From: Octopus sinensis | Taxonomy: Eukaryota | Reading direction: 5' to 3' | NCBI RefSeq assembly: GCF_006345805.1 | Contig: NC_043014.1 | Location: forward strand, 1,612,001-1,676,000 | Length of the DNA stretch: 64,000 nt | Part shown: positions 12,989 to 23,399 of the stretch, piece after piece | Layout of the letters: every line of letters starts with the position of its first letter | How positions within the stretch are numbered: the first letter of the stretch is position 1 | Made by a program: the position numbers and the translations under genes | The notes under the pieces: model-generated | What the model was told of the DNA's origin: nothing | Databases searched by the model: none | Seen by the model: the letters and a program-made list of their open reading frames with translations, nothing else

Positions 12989-13212
12989 CCGTTTAGCATT
13001 CAGATTATTTGAGTCAAATGTGATGCTTATTTATTCACATTGTTTAGAATTAATCCTAGATTATCTCATAGCTTTGAGAGTTCGATGGTGTGATTGTTTA
13101 TTTTTAGAATGACATTGCAGGGTAAGTGTGAGGGGCCAGATCTGGATGGTTTGTGCATTAAAACCATTAGAACATTTGGGGGCCAGATACGGCTTGTTTA
13201 AATGCTGAAGGG
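12989..13212 (-). mobile_element. piggyBac-like MITE (inverted copy of the same family)
   Basis: TTAA flanks, CCGTTTAGCATT...AATGCTGAAGGG termini. Confidence 0.65.
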
Positions 13213-13520
13213 TTAAGATAAAGTGTCTGGTATGAAAGAGAGAGAGAGGAGGAGGAGGAGCAAGAAGGACAGAGAGTGGTGGGTAATAACAGAGACAAGT
13301 GAGAAATGACAAAGCAAAGTGGGGTGAGGGAAGAGTGGGTGATGACAGACAGGTTGATGGTAGACTGTGTTGGGTCTAGACCGGTTTGATGGAATCTTTA
13401 AAACATAGGCATCATGAAGGGTGGGGTAAGAGGAATTAAATACACATGGGATCTATAACAGCCATTGTTATGCAGGTGGCATGTGACAAGAAGATGGATA
13501 TATATATACACACACATGTA

Positions 13521-14078
13521 CATGGTCTGATCAATAAGTATCCGAACTGTTGCCATAGAAACGAAGCTAAAGCATACAGAGTGAAGCCACTTGGCACAAA
13601 TTGACCTTGAACTCTGATGTGCATGTGCACTAAGTTTTAACGTTCTAGCTCACTTCTGCTGTTTACAGCAGTGCTTAGAAGGAACGTGTGTAGTGTGTGA
13701 TCGTTGATTTGACAATGACAGAGAAAGTTGTCATGGCGATACATGCTCAGAGGTCTATGCAAAGTTGCAGAAAGTGTATGAGCCACACACAAGTGTATGA
13801 GTGGTTCAGGTGTTTCCCAGATGGCTGAAAAAATATTGATATTGACGAATGTTCTGGGAGACCTGAACCCAGCAGAACTGAGAAAAACATTGCAGATGCG
13901 AGTGCAGCTGTGAGGGGAAATCGTCGAATCACCATCCGTGAGTCATCAGAGGATTTGCAGATTAGTTATGGTTCAGTTCAGTCCATTATCATTGAGGATT
14001 TGGGTATGAGACACGTGTCTGCCAAGTTTGTGCCAAAACTGCTTTCAGCTGACCAGAAAGACACTTGGGTTTCAGTTG
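13521..14078 (+). mobile_element. Mariner transposon 5' fragment
   Basis: TIR-like CATGGTCTGATCAATAAGTATCCG after TA. Remnant RRITIRE...GSVQSII...LGMRHVSAKFVPKLL. Confidence 0.8.
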
Positions 14079-14789
14079 TGAAGTGGTTGACTTTATGAAG
14101 AGCAACCAGCTTTTAAAAACCATGCCAAAGCAGAGATTGGAGCTTGGTACAGCCCTCTCACTCATCTGTTCATGTCAAATAGTCCAACCCATTCCAGCAT
14201 GGAAAAAGGGATATTAAATGATATCACTCACACACACACTTATGTACAGAATTCTAGCAAGTGCATGTTGGACATTGCTGTTAGTTTTTTTACATTTTGA
14301 ATTAAATTCTGCCGACTGTCAGTTCTGTTGTTGACTGTTCCCAAGAACGAACCCAGTCAACTGCAGCAAATCTGCTGACCAAATTAGAAAAGATTATTCA
14401 GTGAGTGGTTGGCAGGACTGGCAGCGCACTGGGCTGAATGTCTAATGGTATTTAGAGATTGTATATGAGGGGATTGAGACTTGTTGGGTTCAACTTGGGT
14501 TTACCTGTTGCTGGGGTTGTTGAAAGTAAATATCAGTTAGGGTTATATAATACATGACATTTAGTTGTACAAAATCATGAAATACAAACTGCAAATACAG
14601 AAGGAAGAAAAATTCTTTTTGTATGCATTTTGATTTATTTGTTAACATAGAAAAGAGCTGACTGTTTAGCCTTGTATATAAACTCTCAAGTATTGATGGT
14701 CTGATACGAATGCCCTGAGTCGACACTGTGAATTATTAGGGAATAGCAAGGACATCAAGTTGTAAAAAGCAAGTAAAAAGAAAACTTTG

Positions 14790-14934
14790 ATATATGGCAT
14801 TAGGAAGGGTATCCAGCTGTAGAAACTCTGCCAGATCAAGATTAGAGCCTGGTGCAGCCATCTGGTTTGCCAGCCCTCAGTCATTCGTCCAACCCATGCT
14901 AGCATGGAAAGCAGACATTAAACGATGATGATGA
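14790..14934 (+). mobile_element. RTE 3'UTR-type repeat
   Basis: Same core and tail. Confidence 0.7.
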
Positions 14935-15097
14935 TACCACCACAACAACAACAGTGGCCAGTTTTCTCTGTTGTTGTGTATCAAATGAGAAGAGTCTGCA
15001 ACAAGTGGTGAGTGAAGGAGAAAGGTCTGAAGCTGCCAACCATGGGAAAACAGACAACTTTCAGTATGAAGGTGTGTTCCTCTCACTAGAAGTTTAA

Positions 15098-15318
15098 CCC
15101 TTTAGCATTTAAACCGGCCATATCCGGCCAAAAGTATTCTGCCTGTTTTATGGTCAAATTGGCCATATCTGGTTTCTCACACCGACCCTACAATATTGTT
15201 TGAAAAATTAACAGCTACCTCATTGAAATCTCATAGCTACAAGGTAATGCATGATTAGTTCAAAACAATTAGGAAGAAAAAGCATTAATTTTGGCAGAAT
15301 AATGTGAACAGTAAAGGG
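15098..15318 (+). mobile_element. piggyBac-like MITE
   Basis: TTAA flanks and CCCTTTA...TAAAGGG termini. Related copies at 12989-13212 (inverted) and near 59660-59768. Confidence 0.7.
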
Positions 15319-15610
15319 TTAAATCTTGCTGAAGGTGACCAGCTTTTATTCCCTCAGGGGTCAGTACAAGCATCTTATCCGCTCTTCCCCCAGAATAATT
15401 TGACAATCTGTTTCATCATCTTTACACTCTAAATTCAAATGCTTTGGAGATCAATATTGCATTCCATCCTTTATGGGTTAAAACCATGCACCAATCAAAA
15501 ACCGAGGTTGATTACACCAACTCCTCCACCCTTCCTACCCTCATAATAATTTGAAGCTTTATGTTTCTGTTTAAAATTATTTCATACCATATCTACACTA
15601 CCACCACCAC

Positions 15611-16027
15611 CAGTGCTGGATTAACCATTAAGCTAAGTAAGCACGTGCTTAGGGCATCAAGGGAAGGAGGGGGCACTACAGAAATGGTTATTGGTTTACG
15701 GTACAAAAGAAATCACTATAAACTTGCTAAAATAATATTCGGGATGCCTTTATCTCTACTAAGTATAAATGGAGATGTGTTACCTAAGATTAATTGTGAG
15801 GATTTGATTCAAAGACTTTGCCATTCAAAAAAGTAGGAGGAAACTTTCCAAATATAAATAAAGTGGAATTAGACAAAAATAAACATTATTTTCCCTCTTA
15901 CTGTTTTGTTTCGTTTAGAAAAATAAAAATTTATTTCACGGTTTGATTATAAATTACATAATCTTTTTATGGGGACACCAAAATCTTTTGAGTGCTTAGG
16001 GCCTCGATAGGACTTAATCCGGTTCTG
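15611..16027 (+). mobile_element. Non-autonomous hAT element
   Basis: TIRs CAGTGCTGGATTAA / CAGAACCGGATTAA and an 8-bp TSD accaccac/gccaccac. Transposase-tail remnant LSLLSIN...EDLIQRLCHSKK. Confidence 0.7.
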
Positions 16028-16327
16028 GCCACCACAACAACCAGAAGTTACCACACGTAACACCATCATTGTTACTGCTACCACGAGTAATACTACTACT
16101 ACAACTACCACTAGTACTGTGACCACCACAACCGACTGTACTGTCAGAATCCTACTATGACCACCACGACACGACCGTCAACACTTTCACACCAAAAGAA
16201 AAACAAACAAAATTTATATTTGAAAAGAAACAAGAACAGCAAATTTACCAAATAAAAACAACAAACATAAAATAAATAAATGACTAACCCTTTTTAGTGT
16301 CGGCAGAAGGCGGGAATTTAAAGGGGT

Positions 16328-16536
16328 GGCGAGCTGGCAGAATCGTTAGCACGCCGGGCGAAATGCGTAGCCGTACTTCGTCTGCCGTTAAGTTCTGAGT
16401 TCAAATTCCACTGAGGTCGACTTTGCCTTTCATCCTTTCGGGGTCGATTAAATAAGTACCAGGGGTCGATATAATCGACTTAATCCATTTGTCTGTCCCC
16501 TCTGTGTTTAGCCCCTTGTGGGTAGTAAAGAAATAG
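16328..16536 (+). mobile_element. SINE family B monomer
   Basis: ggcgagctggcagaatcgttagc head, gcctttcatcctttcggggtcga core, gtagtaaagaaatag tail. Confidence 0.85.
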
Positions 16537-16544
16537 ATATCAAC

Positions 16545-16864
16545 CCCGAATGTTCAAATGATTCCGAAAGGATGAAAGGCAAAGTCGACCTCGGCGGAAC
16601 TTGAACTCAGAACGTAGCGGCAAACGAAATACCCATTTCTTTTACTACCCACAAGGGGCTAAACACAGAGGGGACAAACAAGGACAGACATAGGTATTAA
16701 GTCGATTACATCGACCCCAGTGCGTAACTGGTATTTAATTTATCGACCCCGAAAGGATGAAAGGCAAAGTCGACCTCGGCGGAATTTGAACTCAGGACGT
16801 GAAGCCGGACGAAATGCTGCGAGCCATTTTGTCCGGCACGCTAACAATTCTGCAAACTCCCGCC
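16545..16864 (-). mobile_element. SINE family B compound copy, inverted relative to 16328-16536
   Basis: Reverse complement of family B, with a second partial unit joined at 16632/16633. Confidence 0.85.
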
Positions 16865-16912
16865 TAAAATATAAGACTAGAAATAATAAAAAATAAAAAT
16901 GACAAAGGATAC

Positions 16913-17081
16913 TGTTTGGAGTGTTCCAGGTGATGTCTGTGATGGTTCCAGTGTTTTCGGCAGAATTGTTCCACTGTTTGGTCAGTTGTACGGATAGTCT
17001 ACTGCTGCTTGGTTCCGTCTTCTCTTTCATTTGAGGAATGTCCCAGAGAAGGACACTTTCAGCCGACGAAGCCAACATCAT
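16913..17081 (-). CDS. NEDD1: NEDD1 coding exon 1 (MMLASSAESVLLWDIPQ...ITDITWNTPN), ends phase 1 at a U12-type donor
   Basis: ATG at 17081; 56 codons + 1 nt. LASSAESVLLWD and ITDITW parallel the NEDD1 N-terminal WD40 (FASSGDDIKIWD...ISSICWS, recalled). Donor reads GTATCCTTTG. Confidence 0.85.
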
Positions 17082-17084
17082 GGA

Positions 17085-17420
17085 ATGAAGACCACAACTT
17101 CACCTTCTTCGACGTTTGTTCTTTGAAGTTTGCCGCCGCCGCTGCCGCTGCCGGGGAAGACGAACGTGGAACCCTTCTTGCAGGGCGTAATTGACGTCGT
17201 TCGGTACTCGAAACCCTTATTAATTAGGGAAACAAACGGGAGACGTCCACAGAAATCTTCCGGAATCTTCGGGAAAGAAAAAAGTCTCGAAACTTCCGAG
17301 ACTGAAAGGAATTTAAAAATGTCAGAATGTCTCATTCAAATCTCGCGGCAGCGCCCCCTTCCGACACATGTGACTGGCAAGGGAGACGACTATCACAAAA
17401 CAGCTTAAAACAGTAAAGTT
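17085..17420 (-). promoter_or_regulatory. Probable NEDD1 5'UTR and core promoter
   Basis: Repeat-free, CpG-richer stretch directly upstream of the ATG, with ETS-like CCGGAA/ACTTCCG, a TCTCGCG motif and the E-box CACATG. Position-based inference. Confidence 0.45.
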
Positions 17421-17615
17421 AGGAGTTACCGCCCCTTAGAATTCCTAGCTAAAACAACGAAACAAAAAAAATAAAACGAATGAATTTCATAGTGTATTCA
17501 TGTATTAGAGCGTCGGAAAAAATATCTTGTAGTATTTGTTCAGGTTTTTCACGTTCTAGGTTCAAATCTTGATGAGATAAGCTTAACTTTTTATCCGTCT
17601 GATGTCGATAATAAT

Positions 17616-17982
17616 GTATCCGTGAAAAAACTAAGGTCGGTGTTTTCATTAACACTTTTTTGCTCAAAACTGATGGTTTTGTGCATAAATTAAAAATTAT
17701 TAGCCAGGAGGTTAGGGAGGGATTTTTTTAATTAGGCGGAAAATGGAGGTGTTTTATTAAGGTAGTGAAAAAATATCTTTTATTTACGCAGCAAAAGTAT
17801 CTGTGAAAAATCTGAGGTCGATGTTTTTGATTAATACTTTCTTTTACTCAAAACTGATGGTTTTGTGCATAAATTAAAAATTATTAGCCAGACGGTAAGG
17901 GAGGGATTTTTTTTAATTAGGCGGAAAGGAGAGGTATTTTATTAAGGTAGTGAAAGAAATATCTTTTATTTAGGTAGCAAAG
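17616..17982. repeat. Two-unit tandem duplication (~181-bp unit) upstream of NEDD1
   Basis: 17616-17796 and 17797-17982 align over their full length with scattered mismatches. Confidence 0.85.
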
Positions 17983-18061
17983 AAAGCTAAGAGTATTTAA
18001 ACCACAAGAGTAATAGAGCGGTAAGGTACACGGTAAAATTACGCGAAGGTTGAAAAATTTA

Positions 18062-18138
18062 CAGGGTGTCCATAAATTATCTTTACATATTTTACACTTG
18101 TACATTTCAAAATGTAAAGATAATTTATGGGCTCACTG
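18062..18138. mobile_element. Tiny Tc1/mariner-type MITE
   Basis: Inverted repeat CAGGGTGTCCATAAATTATCTTTACAT / ATGTAAAGATAATTTATGGGCTCACTG. Confidence 0.6.
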
Positions 18139-19222
18139 CACACTAACTGAACTCTCGGGTCGGTGAAAAATGTTTAGTCCGTCTCCTCGTCGATACTATA
18201 GACTTCTTCACACACACACGCGCACACATACTCTCTCTCTCACACACACACATACACAAGCTCTCTCACACAAACACACACACGCACGCCCACACACATA
18301 TACACACACACGCACGCCCACACACATATACACACACATACTCTCTCTGTCACACACACACACACACACAAACACGCACACATACTCTCTGGTGGTAGGA
18401 GAGTCATTCAGGTAGGAAGTGGACAAACGCAGACGAAGACAGAAGGATCAGGGTAGAAGGAAGAGATATTTGAGAGAACGGAAGGGGAGGAAAGAAAGAG
18501 TAAAGAGGGTGGGAGATAAAAGGAAGCTGTTGCGGGATTATTAGATAAAACATGAAAATAAGAAGAAATCCTTCTGGTCACGTGGACAGCAAAACACAAA
18601 ACAATGGCGTCCATATTCGCTCTCAATATATTCCATCAGATTCGGACGTGAATGTACCAATCGCTGTTGTATTTTCTCCGCGGAGAACAATTTCCCTTTT
18701 CAGTTAATGTGTGTTGATAACACACACGATTCATTGAAATAAAGGAACTTCTAGACTCCCAGCTATTTCGATCTGGTTGTGTTTCTTCCATCAAAGCGAC
18801 CCCCAGATCAATGAATCTAAACAAGAATTTGGGTTTTTGTTTGTAGAAACCTGTCAACAAATTATTTGCTGATGTGTTGATGTCTTGCCAAACCGATCAT
18901 AGATCGATGATGATTGAATATGTACACCATTGTTAAAATAATAATCAAAGACAGAAATGTTTCTTTATTGTATTACTGAGAGTTAAAAATGGCAGAAGTG
19001 ACCCCAATTTCTTACAGGTATTATGCAAAAGTTTATTTACTTAGGAAGAAATTTTTCACGATCACACATTAAAGCGAAAAGAAGATTTGGTGGTGCTTTT
19101 GATCTTCTATAGTTGGATCCTGACTTGAATTGCAAATCAGATAAAGGTCAGTGTGGATGGCCACGGAGTAACATAAGAGGTGGTGGTCACATCACTTAAA
19201 GATGGCGACTGTATGATGAGTA

Positions 19223-19636
19223 TTTATTTCTTTATTGTCCACAGGGGGCTAAACATAGAGGGGACAAACAAGGAGAGACAAACGGATTAAGTCGATTATA
19301 TCGACCCCAGTGCGTAACTGGTACTTATTTAATCGATCCCGAAAGGATGAAAGGCAAAGTCGACCTCGGTGGAATTTGAACTCAGAACGTAGCAGCAGAC
19401 GAAATACCTATTTCTTTACTACCCACAAGGGGCTAAACACAGAGGAGACAAACAAGGACAGACAAACGGATTAAGTCGACTATATCGACCCCAGTACGTA
19501 AATGGTACTTATTTAATCGACCCCGAAAGGATGAAGGGCAAAGTCGACCTCGGTGGAATTTGAACTCAGAACGTAGCGGTAGACGAAATATCGCTAAGCA
19601 TTTCGCCCGGTGCGCTACCGGTGTTGCCAGCTCGCC
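19223..19636 (-). mobile_element. SINE family B dimer
   Basis: Two body units joined at 19407/19408. Confidence 0.85.
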
Positions 19637-19707
19637 GCCCTCCGTATTATGAGTATTGTCCTACTTTACCCCACCAACAACACTCGCACCATCAACATCA
19701 CCACCTC

Positions 19708-19715
19708 TACTACTA

Positions 19716-19759
<44 letters not shown>

Positions 19760-19802
19760 ACTGCTACTACTACTACTACTACTGCTACTGCTGCTGCTGC
19801 TG

Positions 19803-19850
<48 letters not shown>

Positions 19851-19886
19851 AAGCTGCTGCTGCTGCTGTTGTTGTTGTTGTTGTTA
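19708..19886. repeat. Compound trinucleotide array (TAC)n/(TGC)n/(TGT)n
   Basis: Direct reading. Confidence 0.95.
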
Positions 19887-21063
19887 TGCAACAAGACGGG
19901 TAAGGGTGATTAGGTGATGGTGTAGGGCTTAGGGGCGGGAGACCCCAGACCTTGGAAAAAAAAACTTTGGTCGTCTTGTTGTAGTCGAGGGCTCTTCGTT
20001 GATGCCCAACACCACTGAGAGGTGACCCTCGAAGTCGCTGGAAATGGAGATCTCCAGGTCCAAATTCTTGAACGGCTGCTGCTGCCACACTACTGACCAT
20101 GTCACATACCGCAGCCGTTTCAAAGTGATACCACCACCAGATGTCAAAACTACCACACCAACAACTACAACCGCATCCACCATCCCCCTGGCCGACATCA
20201 TAATACCCACCACCACCACCACCACCACCACGCTAAATACCATCCGTTCTACATACCATGAATATATCGTTAAATATACACACCGTGGTTAAATGATCTA
20301 TTTAGCAGGGATTTTTTTATTTTTTCGATGCATACATACGTAAACACACACACACACACACACACACACCAACATACACATACATACACACAAACTTATA
20401 TATATATATATACATATGTGTGTGTATGTATGTATATGTATATACACACACGCGCACACACACACGCAGACACGCACACACACACGCACACAGACACACA
20501 CACACACATATATATATACAGAAAGAGATAGACAGACACACAAATGCTTACATGCATACTCATATGTATGTATATTTGTATATAATGTATAAATGAGTGA
20601 ATGTTTGTATGTATATATGTGTATTTATGTATTATATATATATATATATATCCATACATCTTCTTCTCTCGTCCTCCCTCTCTCTCTCTCTCTCTTCTTC
20701 TCTCTCTCTCTCTCATTGTCTATATCTATATCTATCTGTCTCTATATATACATATATACATACATACGTATGTATAATGTGTGCTGTATGTGCGTGTGTG
20801 TAATATACACCCTTACTTCCATACACACACACACTCTTACAGAAGTTTCACCGTCCCACCCCACCCCACCCCACCGAATAGATTTACCATTTCCAGTAAT
20901 GATATCAGGTGTTTAATTCGCCTCCTCCTCCTCCGTCTCCCCCTTTCCCCCACACCTCCCCTAAACCCATTCCAAGGCCACTTCATTTGACCTTACGTAT
21001 AGCTTCCTGATTATCTCAACAACACCTTTCACCGGTTTTCTTTGCATATGATGTGGCAGTGTA

Positions 21064-21103
<40 letters not shown>

Positions 21104-21321
21104 GAAGAGAGAAAGAAAGAGAGATAGAGAGAATTGTGTGTGTGTGTGTGTGTGTTGTGTGTGTGTGTGCGTTCGTGTTGGGAGTGTGTGTATGTTGGTA
21201 GTGTTGTTCTGTTGCCTTGGTAGTGTGTGATATTGCGGTCCGTGTTCGAAATTCCGTTGCATCTCGTATCTCGTCGTTGGTTTGAGTTCATATGAATGTT
21301 TATCATGATACACACACACAC

Positions 21322-21369
<48 letters not shown>

Positions 21370-21429
21370 ACTGATAAACATAAACACGTACACGCACACA
21401 TATTTATAAACAAACACATATTTATAAAC

Positions 21430-21757
21430 ATACATGTGTGCATGTATATACATTGATGTATATGCATATATATATATATATACATACATACATACGTACA
21501 TACATACATACATACATCCATCCATCCATACATACATACATACATACACACATACATACATACATACACGCACACGTACATACATACATACGTACATACA
21601 TACATACATACATACATACATACATACATACATACATACATACACGCACACGTACATACACACATACATGCATATATACATACATACATACATACATACA
21701 TACATACACGCACACGTACATACGTACATACATACATACATGCATACATACATACTA
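21430..21757. repeat. (CATA)n microsatellite
   Basis: Direct reading. Confidence 0.95.
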
Positions 21758-21759
21758 TG

Positions 21760-22700
21760 CAATCATATCCCTTCGGCAACATCGTATAACCATCAGGCGT
21801 GGAAGTGCATCCCTTGACCAAGTTTGCTTACATGAGGCTGATAACATCATAAGACTTGGAAAGCAGCTCCTTGAGCAACACTCTTTATCTGTTAACCTAG
21901 AATCCATGCCCAAAGAAGTCGCACGACTCTACCGCAACGCATCATCAGATGAAAGGATGAGCAGAAGACTACGCATGGATATGGTAGTAGAAAGCTCCGA
22001 GATGATAGTAACACCGATCATCAAAGCAGTTTATCATGGCCCAATAGCCAGATTACTACCTCCCACTCTGAAGGGTATACGTTTGCTATCCAGGAATAGG
22101 GAATATCAACCACGTACCTGATGCACAAAAGGATAGAGATGCAGGTAAAGCCGTGAAGTGTAACAACCGATGCAGACTTTATGGAGTTTACACTGAAGAT
22201 ATCACCCACATCATAAGCAGTTGTCAGAAAATGTCATCACGGTGTAATTTACTGATGAGACAGGATGTTGTAGATAGGACACTCTATAATGAAATCCGTC
22301 GGAAGGATAATTCCGAGGACAAAGAAATAAGAACCCACAATGTGGTAGAAGCCATAGCCACTCATAATAAAAAGGAATACTGGTGGAATGTCCCAGTGAA
22401 GATCTCAATAAAATTTAAGCACAACAGACCTGGTATAATGATTTGGGATAGAGAAGAGAAACTGTGCACAGCTGTGGAAATAAGCTACCCAGCAGATGCT
22501 TACACAAAGCTGAAGATCAGTGAAAAAGAGAACATCTGTGCTGAACTATAGAGAAATCTGCAGTTACTCTATCCAGATTACAAGTTCAGGTTTATACCTG
22601 CAATTATTGGGACCCTGGGATATGTAACAAACTGCCTAAATAGCTAATTCGAAGACTACAGATCCAATGCATCACTGGAACTATAACACACATACATTTT
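21760..22700 (+). mobile_element. Degenerate 3' part of an R4/Dong-like (RLE-type) non-LTR retrotransposon
   Basis: Zinc knuckle CRL...EDITHIISSC, RQD (RHD-like), HNRP(G)IMIWD, EISYP, ISEKENI and IPAIIGTLG: restriction-like endonuclease signature with stops. Confidence 0.8.
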
Positions 22701-22701
22701 A

Positions 22702-22736
<35 letters not shown>

Positions 22737-22845
22737 ATCCATCCATCCATCCATACATACATACATACATACATATTCTTTATATATGTGTTGATAGGAA
22801 ATAAGGATAAATCTCAGAGCGAGTTATAAACAGTAGCGGCAACAC

Positions 22846-22990
22846 ATCGTGACGTATATTTGCCATTTGAATATGGCTAACCCCTAAGGGTGGATGCCAG
22901 CTGGAGGAGGTGTCTTCCTGGGGCTACAAACTACAGTAGCATCCACCCTTAGGGATTAGCCATATTTAAATGGCAAATATACGTCACGAT
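22846..22990. repeat. Hairpin: 52-bp inverted arms (2 mismatches) with a ~41-bp spacer
   Basis: ATCGTGACGTATATTTGCCATTTRAATATGGCTAAYCCCTAAGGGTGGATGC and its reverse complement. Confidence 0.9.
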
Positions 22991-23399
22991 AGGCAATAGC
23001 TTTAATATAAAAGTATCTAAAATTAAGACAAAAGTGCCATTGTCTTTGGGGTTGTCCCTGATCACAATCCTTTCTTTATTCATCAATGAAAGAATGTTAA
23101 TAAGTGTTGTGGACTGAATAGAAAGGTCATCGGTTCGTGTTCGCCAAACAGATCTGTTCTGTGTTCGTGGCCCAGACGTGGAGATATCCTCTAAAAACTC
23201 TGATTACGTAACTTTATATATTTTCTCAATGTAATTGCATCAGACATTTTGCACTTGCAGGAGAGTGCACTGGATTAATGTGCAACATAACAAGGACTAA
23301 TGCAAAGATCAGTGGGATGGGCGTGGGTGGGTGTTCTGTGGTTCCTACTTTTACTCCCTGAACCCTTTTGTAATAAAGCAAAGCAATGAGCGTCCTTCA

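Noticed and set aside
18636-18850. FRFIDLGVA read as a CK1-like kinase DFG/DLG motif
   Set aside because: No HRD or APE-region motifs or further kinase exons were found, and the frame ends too early. Kept only as an unassigned ORF.
18986-19146. Plus-strand mini-exons (ATGGCAGAAG...CAG|gt and ag|TTGGATCC...AAAG|gt) with a 97-nt intron
   Set aside because: Splicing from the ATG gives a stop after 14 codons, and I found no downstream exons or homology.
19610-19913. Poly-Thr/Ala/Leu/Ser/Tyr ORFs
   Set aside because: Compound trinucleotide microsatellite; open in several frames, with no splice support.
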